From positions 62,001 to 126,000 of the forward strand of contig CAJNYD010000293.1 of assembly GCA_905331295.1 (NCBI GenBank): a stretch of DNA of 64,000 bases. The letters run 5' to 3'. The notes under the pieces were generated by a model. The model was given only the letters and a program-made list of their open reading frames with translations, was not told where the DNA came from and ran no database searches. Source of the DNA: Rotaria socialis (taxonomy: Eukaryota). This document shows, in pieces, positions 27,811-39,857 of the stretch. The translations under genes were made by a program, and so were the position numbers. Each line of letters opens with the position of its first letter. The first letter of the stretch is position 1.

Positions 27811-27899
27811 AGAAAACGTTTTTGTTGACTTTATAGTCATTTTTTCTTAATTTTGATGATTATTTAATGTAGTATTGTTTTTTTCCTCTTTTCTAGATC

Positions 27900-28541
27900 A
27901 TGAGTTCACTAGCTTTACATGTTCTTACGCTTACTCTTGGCTTGTTTTTTATTCTGGTTGGCCAATTTAAAGTTACGCCAAAACTTTTTCCTGACATACA
28001 TCAAGATATGGTAGGAATTCTTTTTTTGCAATTCAAATTTATTGTATTTCACTCTATTAGAAACATGAATTTGGACGTGTTAATAAAGTATTTCCATTTT
28101 ATAAAATGACTGGTTGGCGTCCGTTTGCTAAAAATTACCGAATGACTGTGGGTATCACTGAAATTGTTTGTGGAATTATTTTAATTCTTTTACCAGGTAG
28201 TTTAATTTTTTTTTCTTTTGGAAGCTACAATCTTTCTATTTTGAAAAACAGGACGACTTAAACAATTGGCGAATGTCGTACTTCTGGCAATAATGCTAGG
28301 TGCTGTTTATACGCATTATGCTCTGGGCGACAAGCTCGATCGTATAGCACCTGGTATTATCTTTGGTTTACTTTTATTTACTCGTCTTATTATACATCAA
28401 CAAGGAAAACGTTCAAGCTTAAATGTTAAAAATGAACCAATGGTGGTCGAAGCAAAAGATCAGACTAAAAGCAATCGACAAGAATCTGTTGATCTAAAAC
28501 CAAAGGATAAAAAGAAATCAAATGACAAGAAGAAAAACTAA
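27900..28541 (+). CDS. TMEM35: TMEM35/NACHO (nicotinic receptor assembly chaperone, DoxX-like fold)
   Basis: Three exons (27900-28010, 28061-28196, 28252-28541): LGLFFILVGQFKVTP..PDIHQDM|KHEFGRVNKVFP...YRMTVGITEIVCG...ANVVLLAIMLGAVYTH. Lysine-rich ER-retrieval-like tail DKKKN. Confidence 0.88.
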
Positions 28542-28817
28542 ACCAATTATGTGTAGTCTGTTGTTTTTGTTGTATCTATATATTCAATATTGTCAATTGT
28601 GTTTAGATTCTTTGTATTGTTTTCTACATTGTTAATTCTGTGTTTGATATTGTCATTATTTTATTAACTAAGATAGGAGAATAAATTCTGTTTGTGGTTC
28701 ATACGTGCTGATTACATTTTAATGCACGTAAAAAATATGAATGCCAACATTCAATTATCATTCGCCAGCAAGACTATGAGTGAATTCATTTCGCAGACTT
28801 CATTTTCACTATTCATA

Positions 28818-29089
28818 AGCGGCTCCCGACTTCACCTCAGCCAGTGGAGGTACGACGGGAAACGTCCGGAAAGCCGGGAAGTCGCTGAAACATGGAAACA
28901 GCATTTCGGTCAAAAATACGGCCGGTCTTTCCCGACGGATTCCTATCAAGCTCCGGTACTTTTCAGCAACAATTGATCGGAAATCACCGGGAAAAAAATC
29001 AGAAAATTTTCCAACTGGAATACTGGTTCCACAAAATCAGCGGAACTAACCGAAACCGGCCGTTTCCAGGCCGGACTGTTCGACCTGGG
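28818..29089. mobile_element. 5'-truncated GC-rich non-autonomous DNA transposon ending in ...GTTCGACCTGGG|TA
   Basis: Sharp GC-rich island with many CCGG/CCGGAA repeats in AT-rich DNA. The right end CTGGG+TA is the same terminus type as the 36206-36575 MITE; no matching left TIR is seen. Confidence 0.6.
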
Positions 29090-29690
29090 TATATATACAC
29101 AGCTGTAAAATAACATGCTCCACAAAAACGAGACAATGTCTCTTCTTCCGTTTGTATTTCAATCTCAGCTAGTCTAGTTTTAAAATATGAATTAATACAC
29201 TGAAGCGACGAGTAGTTGTAACTATTTAACAAAAAACACTAGATCGATTTGACTCGATTGGTTAATTTCTAGTTTGATTCGGACTTCATGTTCAACAGCA
29301 AAATGTAGAGTTTGACCGTGATATACATTTTTGTGCTATTATTTTATTTTCAAGGACATGATGATTTTTTTATGTCTGAAAATAGGAAGAAATTCATGGT
29401 GATTTTAAGAAGAAAAAATCACCATGATGTGAAGTCTCAGTAGTTTAACATTAGTAAGAAACGTTATTTTGTTGAAATGAAAAAATATAATATAGGGAAA
29501 GGATCTGTCTTTTATTAGTTACGTACAATTTAGTGTAGTACATGATGATCGATGATCTTTTTTTAATATATTCATGTCAGACAAACAAACAAAAAAATTG
29601 TACGAGACGCATTTTTGTTCATGATTCGTTCTTAAAATTCTTCTTATAATGAAGAATTTTGAAAAGAAAAAACATATTTGTTTTTTACTT

Positions 29691-30050
29691 TCATTGAAGA
29701 AGATTATTTGTCTGCCGTTGTCTAAACAAGTTTCTTGGTGGCTGATTTTGCTTGAAATTAGTCGCTAATTTTTTCAATAAATACAATTGCTCATTTATAT
29801 CTTCGTCACTATTTTCTTGTAGTGATTTTTCCAACGTTGTATACAGATCATCAAGTTCACTTTCTCGGCGAACAAGTTTTACCCTAAATGCATCGTAATA
29901 ATCTTTCACTGCTTTGAGATAATTTGCAATTTGCTCTTTGGTTTTAAAACGCGATGGTCGTTCAGGTGGTGGTGGTATATCAAGATAAGATGATAAAATA
30001 CATGAAGCCAATGCAAAAAATAAGAACAGAATAATGCACGTATTGTTCAT
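29691..30050 (-). CDS. Secreted neuropeptide precursor with NPY/NPF (PP-fold) pattern but non-canonical C-terminus
   Basis: Hydrophobic signal peptide (first ~20 aa), then SYLDIPPPPERPSRFKTKEQIANYLKAVKDYYDAFRVKLV, a dibasic RR and an acidic C-terminal peptide. The PxxP..F...YL....YY spacing is that of NPF/NPY. Confidence 0.75.
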   Translation of the reverse strand: MNNTCIILFLFFALASCILSSYLDIPPPPERPSRFKTKEQIANYLKAVKDYYDAFRVKLVRRESELDDLYTTLEKSLQENSDEDINEQLYLLKKLATNFKQNQPPRNLFRQRQTNNLLQ

Positions 30051-33000
30051 TCTAGAATAATCAAATAGCAAATGTTTAAAGATATTTAAAAAAATATATA
30101 TATGTTCAAAGATAATAGGATTTCTTGCGCCTACTCAAGCTGCGAGAAAGAAAAAAATCTAAACATATACTATATAACTGTATGACTTTTTTTCTTAGTT
30201 TTCCTGATTATAGGGAACGATACAGAGAAGCAAAACTATTGACTTTAAAACACCGTATTGATGTAATTTAGAATTAGGTAATTATCTAAAGTGATCATTT
30301 CTTAATAGAACTAATTATGTTCAAGAACGCTAATAATAATATAACTAGCATATATATTTTGTATTGGCAATCACTTTTCATTATTTTCCTACAGAAAATT
30401 TATGGACAAGTAGCAAATTTATTAAAAAACAACTAATTCTATATATTTTTTGATACTATTCTAGTATGAGTTTTTATGCCTTTCTTGTTTTTACAAAGAC
30501 CAGAGGTAAAAGAATACGTAAATGAAGTTTTTCAATGCTAAACTAGTCAAAGAAAACATGATCAGATTTCATTTCAACATGAGGTTGTATGAAGACATGG
30601 GAAAACTGAATAAATGAGTACATGTGTCTTGTTACCTCATGGCTGCATTAGAATTGATATGAGTGTGGGTATAATTTTAATAAGTCGACAACAATAACAA
30701 CTCGAGATCTACGATTTTGATGAATGTAACGAGTGGGAGATAGGATGTCTCCTTGTTTTCTAATGTCACCGTGTTAGGTCAAGTAATTATAAAATTCATC
30801 ATTTTCATGAGGAACTAGAAAAATAATGCAGAAAGAAGATTTGTTTTCTATCAAAAAAATGTTGCTGGGCCTCAAAAGACTTTAACTGAAATACTGCGCA
30901 ATTTGAGTGACTTAAAGATACTATACTATACAATATCGTTATCTGATATTGTACTTTAATGTATAGGTCACAAGTCATTCTATCTGCAGCAGATGTCAAT
31001 AGCAAACTACATTGAAGTATGGCATGATTTTCGTGAATTTTTCAGTCATTTACGGAGAAGATAAGTTCGTTTATTAATAATTTCCGCTTGCATAAGATGA
31101 AATAGAAAAATGGCGTGAACTTTCTTTTGCTTAGATTACTGATAATTACAACCTGTTAACTGTATTTTTTGTAGAATCATTAAGGTTACCAGCAACTTGT
31201 TCTAGTTCTAGTGTGGCCATCGGTTTCATACTTGTAGAAAGAATTAATAAATTAATGAGAAAAACATGATTATCTACTATTGAAAAATTAATAAGTAACT
31301 TTCTCATAAAAGAGTAAATAAGATAAGAGCAAAATTTTATTAAAATCTTTTTCCTATTAATTTCAAACTACTTCATTCATTCAAGCAGCTTAAAATAAAA
31401 CCGACCACACCCTATAATTATTTGAGCCAAAATCTATTTCATCATATAAACTCAAAGTCAAATTTAGCAATTTGAAATGTTCTTAAGTCCAAAGGTCAAT
31501 TAAAATCATCTACACAGTTAGATGAGTATTTAAGCTCGTAGTAGACAAGTTTATTGGCCGAAAAACTAAGTCTAGATTTGTCGACTGTCAGAAGTAGAAT
31601 AAAACCAAACGTAGATAACAAGTTTTTGGTTATGGAGTAGATTTGCACCGAGTATTATTTTTTTTATATTAAATTAGACAAAAAAAAAGCTGGTTTATTT
31701 TACTAAAGGCACGCGACGAAGAGTACGATCCGATAGAAATAAATTCACTAGTGCATTCTGTATGCAAATGAGAGTATCAAAAACAAAAATAATATTTAAT
31801 TAGTCTGATTTGTGAAACAAATATTTTTGTCAACCAAGTAGAAAAATATTCTCAATAGATTGAAGAAAGCTTTGGCACCGAACTTTCTACGCCAATATCG
31901 TACTATCAATTAAACTTATCATTTTCGCTTGAGTAACACTTACGTGTTGACTTAACAAATGAATTCTTAGACTTACGTTAGTGTGCTTGTATGATCGAAA
32001 CTGGATGACAAAAAAAGCAATTAATTGCCTATACGATTGTGTTCTGCGTCAGTAATATAAGAGAATAAATGACGATTATAGTAATGAAGTGATCAATAAA
32101 TTTGTTTAAGCGAGAAAAAACTTCAAAGATAACTCTCTCACTTTATATATATATCATATGAAAAGAAAATATGGACACTGATGAATCCAGAAAGAAAATC
32201 AAAACTAAAGCATAACACATATAATCCAGCTGTTCTTATTCGCCTGGGAGAACCTGGCAAGAAAGTAGTAAAAATGACATTTTGTTGACAGAAGAGATAC
32301 CATTTTCTATTTACTTATGTAAATCAAAATCTTAATTATCATACAACGAGGCGTCACTTCGAATTTGAGATATGTTTCTGCGGGCACTCCTCCCATTGTA
32401 AACAGCTAAACATTAAACAAAACAGAACTCGGTAGCCTGCTGTCTTCGTAATTTTCAGGAACACACCTAATCATTAGCATGATAACTGAGTCAGTAGCAA
32501 TAACATTTCTTATATACAACAACGCCTACATTTACGTAGGAGTTAGAATGTAATCTAACCTAAATATGACGATAATTGTTTACACATTCATTGGACCGTT
32601 AATGTTAACATCCTTAAAAATATGTGTGACAAAGTCATTGACTGGCGTATGTTACAGATTTTTATCTGTATTCCGATAATGAATTTCTAATAACATACGA
32701 TCTAATGTTTGCATACACAAAATAAAATGAACTCAAACAAGAAAAATAATCTGCATCCTACTTTAGAACGTTGACTTACAGCGGAAAGAATAACACTATT
32801 AGTATATTTCAATAAGAAATCAGCTTAGGGGAACAATTTATTATGTTTGTAGTTTAATGTAATTCGAATTATAGGTCGTTTATCATTTTAAGAATAAAAC
32901 TTACCGTTTTAAAAATGTCATCAATACCATTATTTAGTTTACCTTCTTTTTGTAATTGTCTGTTAAAAGATTGATTGAAGTTGGTAAGAATCTATCGGAC

Positions 33001-34774
33001 GTAATGACAAGAAAAGAAACAAAATGAGAAAAGCAATTAGAAAGTTTTCTTTTTAGATTTATGCTACAAGTAAATGGCGTTAAATTAAAGAGATCTCGAC
33101 TGGTGAAGCATATAGCAAAATGTTTCAACCACTAAAGTAATTGAATCCTTTTCGGTGTGGGAAATAGCTGTTATGATTATTTTTAAGCATAATAAAGATG
33201 ATTTCTTTCCTTCTATACTCTGATCTAGTCAAAATCTTACGTAATACGAACCGTTAATAGTGCTCAATGAAATAGAGAATTTTCATCAAATAAATTAATG
33301 TACATATAGGAGCCTAGATGCTTAAGATACCATTAAAAATGCTTCTATTAAAAAAAATGTTAATTATTTTTCTTCTCCATCGGTTCGTGATGGTAAATAT
33401 GCTAGCGTAAAAAAGAAGACACCGTAGAGTTGCTTGATAAAAGTCAGGAGTGTGTTTTCTCAGTACAATTTAGCTGGATATCACAGAGCGAGCATGACGA
33501 ACGTATAACGTAAGATTGTACTGAACTAGTAGATCTGATATTTGTAACGGTGCTTCACTCTCGTACTATTCCGTCTATGGATCAAACTATTTAACATAGA
33601 CAATTTTCGACTAAGCTTCATTACAGATCATCTATGAGATAATAAAAGTAAAAGCAAAAGCAGAACAAATCCAACAATCTTACACTCGTAACAGTGATGG
33701 TTTTATCCGTCACATCAAAGACAAGTTCTTTTTTTTTTTATAAAGATTAACAGAATAAAATCTTAATCAGAATCTATCATATACTGTTCTGGGGATAAAT
33801 GATTATGGGAGACAGGAATCCGAAAGAACATGCTTTAAAAAGGCGAAGAAGACAACGTCAATTGGTTTAATTGAGAATGGCTTCTCAGTGAAGAATTATG
33901 ATGACATAAAATACACCTAACAGTTAATTGATTACCTGGCAGAATAAAAAAATCCGATTAAAATATGGAGCAGACAAACGAGATACAGTGACTTAATTAA
34001 GCAGAGACTGAGCTTATTCCTTCCTTTTTTTAACGGATAGTAAAAAGCTCTGAGCTCTTCGAATAATTGTTAGCCGAAGGTCTTGCCTGTCTCGAAAAAC
34101 ATTGGTGGAAAGAGTAAAGCTTCTCTGAGAACTTTCTTTCAATTGTGCTAGCAATATCCAAAAAAATGTTTCTTCATGGAATATATTAACATAAAAAGAA
34201 AATTTATGGTTACAAAAAAAAGCAGTTGAAAACTTACTTTGGAATCTCTTTCGTACAAGATATCAATATGTTTGACACTTACTGTTGGGAAAAATATAAA
34301 ATGAATTGGCTCCAGTAAATGTAATTATTCTCTTCTTTGTTATTTCATCAAGCTATTTCAAGTATAGAGAAAAGGAAATCTTAGCGGCAAGTCAAATTCA
34401 GCTCTGTTATATACTGGAAGAGAAAGCGTGAAGTCCCTCGAAAAAGTTTTATTTTACAGTAATAGTAATCACAATACTTTTTTCTTTTCTTTTATTTCCA
34501 TTCAATAATGAAAGTTCATAGAACCGTTGATTTTTAATATACAATTGAGATAGTTACTTATCGCTATTTTTAATTAGGATTTTTTCTCGTTTTTTTCTCT
34601 TTTATTGTTAAAGAGCAATAGAAGTTCACAAGGGAAACAAAACATAAAATATAAGTATCATCGAGGTTTTTTAATCATATCGATTTTTTTTCTGTACACA
34701 TTGAACAAAACATACAATTGATAATACATTTTAACAAGAATGTATAAAATAATTTGCTAGATCAATCGAACTGA

Positions 34775-37700
34775 TTATTTATTGGCATTATCCGCTGCAT
34801 TTGGCATCACAACATGAACATCAATTCGATCGAAACCTGCTTCATCGGTATTATGAACAAATAATAGATGACCTTCATCGATTCGCTCAAGAATATTGCC
34901 TAGCTCGTCTATGGTCGCTATTGAATTCTATGATAAGAAAAGAAAAAAATCATTAATCAAAAGGAATATTTAAGATTTAAACACTCACATCTGTAGTATT
35001 TTCTTCATTTTGACATGACGGAATGCTGAAACAAAGAAAAAATTATTTTTTTCACATATATGCTATTGTTGTGATAGATTTAGTGTCATTCTAATCAGCA
35101 CAAATTAAATTATATATTTAGTAGATTAAATTAAATGACAGTTGTAAAGAGATAAAAAAAAGTGAAGACCAAATGTTTTCAACAGGTTTCTGTTATTGGA
35201 AAAACGATTTATGTAATATGATAGAATTAAAAATTAATAGAAAAACTACGTCTTTTGTAATATTTAGTAGTATGGTGATTTAAGAATACCTATTGTCAAA
35301 CCAGCCAAGCAAATAAATGCTTATTACATATTTTAATCGAATTTTCGAGGCAACTAGACAAATGAATATGTGTGACAATTGACCAAGTGAGAAATGAGAG
35401 TTATCGTTTTACTAATTATTTGTCTTTTTTCTTAACGTAAAGCTAAAAAATGAATATAATCTTAGTTAGAATTGATTCAAATGCAATCCTACAATTGTTT
35501 AGCATCTTTTTTGTGTACTCAAAAAGTGAGTACAGTCTAGATTCGGTCAGTGTGTCCGTCCGGGGTCGTTAATATGACAACCGTTGAAAGCCTCATCCAA
35601 TTGTCATGAAATTTTTTACACATAATGATCTCATTAATATCTCAGTCGAGTTCGAAGATGAGAAGGATCCGTCAAGAAATGGCTGAGTTATCGAAAAAAT
35701 TGTTATTATTGACCAGACCATGCCAGAGGTGGGGGAGTACAGGGATTTTTTCAAAAAAAATGTTTTTTTTTCACAATTATTCACAACATATATAAATCGA
35801 CTCAGCTTTTGAAGTACACGTAACAATCGGATGCGAATCCGATATTTCCGCAGTTTTTCGAGAATAGAAACTCTTTAAATTAAATTACATAGAAAATTTC
35901 ATGATTACAGTTCCGCTCACGTATCATTAAATAACACTCAAATCAACCATCTACTTAGTTTAATGGTACGAGAGAAAAAAATGATTTTCTTCGTATTTTA
36001 AGCTTCTTATTAAAACTCGAGATGATAGGAAATTGCGCACGCATGTGTGTTATTTCATGCATTTTTTTGAAAATGCTAAATTAATCATCTTTTTATTTTC
36101 TATAGTCACATTTCCACCACAAATTGAATAATTGAAAGTAAAAATTCAATAGGTTGTGAGGGGGTGTTTGTTTTGAGTGTCAACAACGTCAAGATCTCTA
36201 TTCTACCCAGTGAAAAATATTCGCTGATTTCAATCAAATTATCGTGCAACAAAATCCAATCCGCAATCGGATTGAGAATTTTGATTATAATCGATTACCA
36301 TTTAACCCAAACGTGATGCTACTGTTAGCCCAGTGGAAACTAGTTTGATTAAAATCTGATTGTTCTGTAGCAAAATTCGAATTATCAATCGATTGATAAT
36401 GTGGATTTTACTGGAAAACAATCCGATTTCAATCAAACTAATTTCCACTGGGCAAGCAATAGCATTAAATTTGGGTTGAATGGTGATAGATTAAAATCAA
36501 AATTGTCAATCGGATTGCGAATTGGATTTTGTTGCACAATAATTTGATTGAAATCAGCGAATATTTTTCACTGGGTATTCACGCCCCCATTCGATGGAGG
36601 AAAGAAATTAATGAATGTCTTACTTAGCTAGAAAACGAAAACAAATAAAATAGGATTAATCTAATTTCTTCTTGCTGATTCCTCCTCTTTTAGATCTTCT
36701 TTTTTTTTGTTGAATAATATTAAATATTGAAATCGTATTATAAAGATTTGTTGAGGACACAAGCTGATCTCTAAATTTTCCCTCGACAAAAAAAGAAAAC
36801 GTTGCACTTTAAAAAGTCATTTTCTATAACTGAATATTATTTATATTTCAAATTGAGTACGTTCAGAAAATTCAATTGTAAAATATTTTACTTACATTTG
36901 TTCGATTTTCGATTCCAGAGCTGTTGTTGTAATTTCAACAGTATCAGCAACATCCATGGAGCTTCCATCTTCATCGTCATCATTGACAAATTCTGCACTT
37001 TTCTTTATACGTATACTGTTCTTTTCTTAAAATAAAATGAAATACTTAAAAAAAAAACTGCAGCTTCATATTTCATACTTGATTGTAAACGTTTCTCACG
37101 ACGTCGATTAATTTCAAGTGGATCAGACGATGACGTCTAAATAGATATGAAGTTGTTGGATATAGTTTATCGAAAGTTTTATTTTTCGCTGATATTAACA
37201 ACTGAATATAAATACAAATAGTAATTTCAACTTGCTATCGATTAGATTTAATGAAAGGCGGTCATGTATGAAATAGCACAGTTTCTAATATAAACTAAAC
37301 ACTCGATCAGGACTATTGTTTAAAAAATCTTCTAAGACCTGAAACGACTGCGTTCGACATCTGAGAAAACGTCACTAATTAATAGAATCATTGTCAGAAT
37401 TTGAGTTTATTATCTAACATTATAGGATGAAAGAAAAAATTATACATTGTTTACAGGTCATTTCTTTTATCCCTGTGCAATGCGGATGATCAAAACTTAA
37501 TTACACCAGATGGCCCATTCACGTGTAGATATCTTTGAAGAGTGTTGCAAGTATTTGAAGATGAATTTCAGTGCGTCGAAACTCTTTCAAACAGAATTAG
37601 TAGTCTTCCAATGATTAGCTAGCATCGAGTACATTAATAGAACTAACATGTTTCACTCAAGACAATGTTCTTGATTTCTATTCGCTTAGTAGAAAACAAT

Positions 37701-39857
37701 TTTCTATGACTTCGTTTCAAAGACTAAAATATGAATTAATATTTATCCAACCATTTTTCGATCGTCTACTATTTTTAAATCATTAACACGTACTTGTTTT
37801 TGTTTACGTTTAACCATTCGTCGTTTACGTGGTGGTTTCTGTATGCTATTATCTATGTCATTTCCGTTATCATCGTCAGATGATTCTTCTGATGGTGAAT
37901 AGAAACATGTTAAATCAAATGGAACGCGTTGTTCTTAAAAATAAAAACATAAAGATGAAAACTAAAGAACACAAGTATGAATCATACTGAGAGCTGAATC
38001 AACTAAAGTTCTATTTGCTTTATCCTCAGTTTTGAATTTTCTTTTTATGTCATCTCGATCACGATTTGGAAAAACGCGTGCAATTAATGTGAAATCAGTT
38101 CCACACATTCGAAGTGCTTGATAAAAACGTAATGTATCTAAAAATAGAAAAGATTTTGGTTAAAATTTGAATTCTGATGTAGAGAAGAATAAAAATAATA
38201 AAGACCTCGACTATTCCATCGTTTTCTTCGACCGATTTTTCTATAACTTTGATGTGTTAAATTGTCATCGTTAAATTGTCCTTCGACAATGATCGTATTT
38301 CTCGGTGCATCCTCTGCATGTCGTATAAGTATACTAAAATCAAATATATTTTTGATAAAAATTAGTTCTAATATACAAATATTAAAATAAAATAAAACCT
38401 TTCTTCATCAACAACTAATGCTCCAGTAGCATCAATTTTTAATTGTGGTGCTAAAACAGCATTTTGTCCATCGGTACTTGATATACTTTGTTTACGAACA
38501 GGATCATCTGCAGCATCTGTTTTAGTTGTTTTAATTTTAACTCTAAAGGAAATAAATTAATAAAAATCACAATCTTTAAAAATTGAAATATCTACTCCAT
38601 TTTATTGGCTTCAGGGTTATAATGAACAAAATCAGCTATCTTTAATTTTGATGTATCAACAGGTTCACCTTTATTACCACCAATATCTTCGAGTTTTTCA
38701 AATGTTGCTGCACGTCGTTTTCGAATTGTCTAGAGGAGCAATAAAATAAAAATTTCATATGTGAAATAATTATAAAATCTACATTATGCGGTTCAACTTT
38801 TGCAGCAAGTCGTTGTGCACGATAGCTAATATGTTGATTAAGATATTCACGACTAATTTTTGACGTTGTTCGAGGTGGTAAAAGTAGAGGATTGTTATCA
38901 ATGGTAGGTGTATGTACTTCAGTTGTTTCTGTTATTGATATTTCAGTTGCGATTGGAGTTGACATGTCTCCATTTGTGATTAGATCTGACGTGGTATTTA
39001 TATGTGATTCGTTTGAAACAATTGGTCTATGGAAAATATAGATCAAAATAAGGATACAAAAATAAAACGAAAACTTACTTAATAATTATAGGATTGATGC
39101 GTCCAACTGCAATAGATGATGGTGTGGCATGTTTTTGACGAGATGATTCAGTTTCACTTTCTGTACCAGAACAACTAGCAGATGGTCTAGAAAAGGCAAA
39201 GTATGTGTTTGAGATTGAGATTTAATCAGATGAATTTACCGACGATGATGAATGACTGTTTTTGCGCCAATATTTGGTGTTGCTCTTATTCGATACAATG
39301 ATCTTGCTGTTGAAACTGTAGCAGGAGGAGGTGGAGGTGACGACGGAGCTGCTAGAGTTGGAGGTATTGGTGATGAAGGAGTAGCTGGAGGTAGTGGCGA
39401 TAAAGGAGGTTGAGGTGAAGGTGACGATGAAACCGAAATAGCAGTAGGTATAGCGGGTGAGTCAACAACTGACACACAAACCGAGGAAGATGGTTGTGAG
39501 AATTGTTCGATTGTCTCTTGAACATTTGATACTGACTCTGAAATATAACACAATAATCCTTGATTGATATCAAAGTTAAATTTATTTTTAAAACTCATGC
39601 TCAAATAAATAAATTAGTACAAAAGCCCACTTAGTTTAATTTTTATGAGTTGGAATAACGTCAAATTTTGTTGCTGAGTTTATACCTTCTATAACCGCTG
39701 GTGCTGCTGGAGGATCAATCTGTTGCGAAGATTGTTCTTTTTGTGACTGAGTAGATATTGCCTCCTCTGATACGTCATTTGATCGTACAATACTACTAAC
39801 TGGACGTGTTGCTTGCACATTAGGCTTAACATTAACACGAGGTCGACGAAAAACCAT
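34775..39857 (-). CDS. BDP1: Transcription factor TFIIIB component B'' (BDP1), compact form
   Basis: N-terminus MVFRRPRVNVKPNV; DTSKLKIADFVHYNP; APQLKIDATGALVVDEESI; SANT domain RWNSR|DTLRFYQALRMCGTDFTLIARVFPNRDRDDIKRKFKTED. The last exon 34927-34775 ends ...NAADNANK*. Confidence 0.88.
35507..35853 (+). mobile_element. DINE-1-like / HINE non-autonomous Helentron in a BDP1 intron
   Basis: T-run, then 5' subTIR GTGTACTCAAAA (35513-35524) within the 8-bp hairpin TGTACTCA-AAAAG-TGAGTACA, and a short GTCC repeat at ~35554. The 3' end has subTIR TTTTGAAGTACAC (35807-35819), the perfect 7-bp stem-loop ATCGGAT-GCGA-ATCCGAT (35826-35843) and a T-run. Confidence 0.8.
36206..36575. mobile_element. 370-bp palindromic MITE with CCCAG termini and TA flanks (CMC/EnSpm-like by terminus)
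   Basis: Termini CCCAGTGAAAAATATTCGCTGATTTCAATCAAATTAT / ATAATTTGATTGAAATCAGCGAATATTTTTCACTGGG with TA on both sides. Imperfect dyad symmetry runs to the centre ATTATCAATCGATTGATAAT. Confidence 0.88.

Noticed and set aside
27806..27900. In-frame Artemis-TMEM35 fusion by cis-splicing from the GT at the end of Artemis
   Set aside because: Joining that GT to the acceptor at 27896 puts TMEM35 out of frame and reaches a stop within ~25 codons.
28692..29232. Three overlapping ORFs on both strands
   Set aside because: They are by-products of the stop-poor GC-rich transposon fragment at 28818-29089.
30100..34700. Possible decayed gene or retroelement fragments in the 4.6-kb gap between the neuropeptide gene and BDP1
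   Set aside because: Short coding-looking stretches (for example ~31000-31230, minus) are broken by stops and I recognised no domain. A TBLASTX or RepeatMasker search would be needed.
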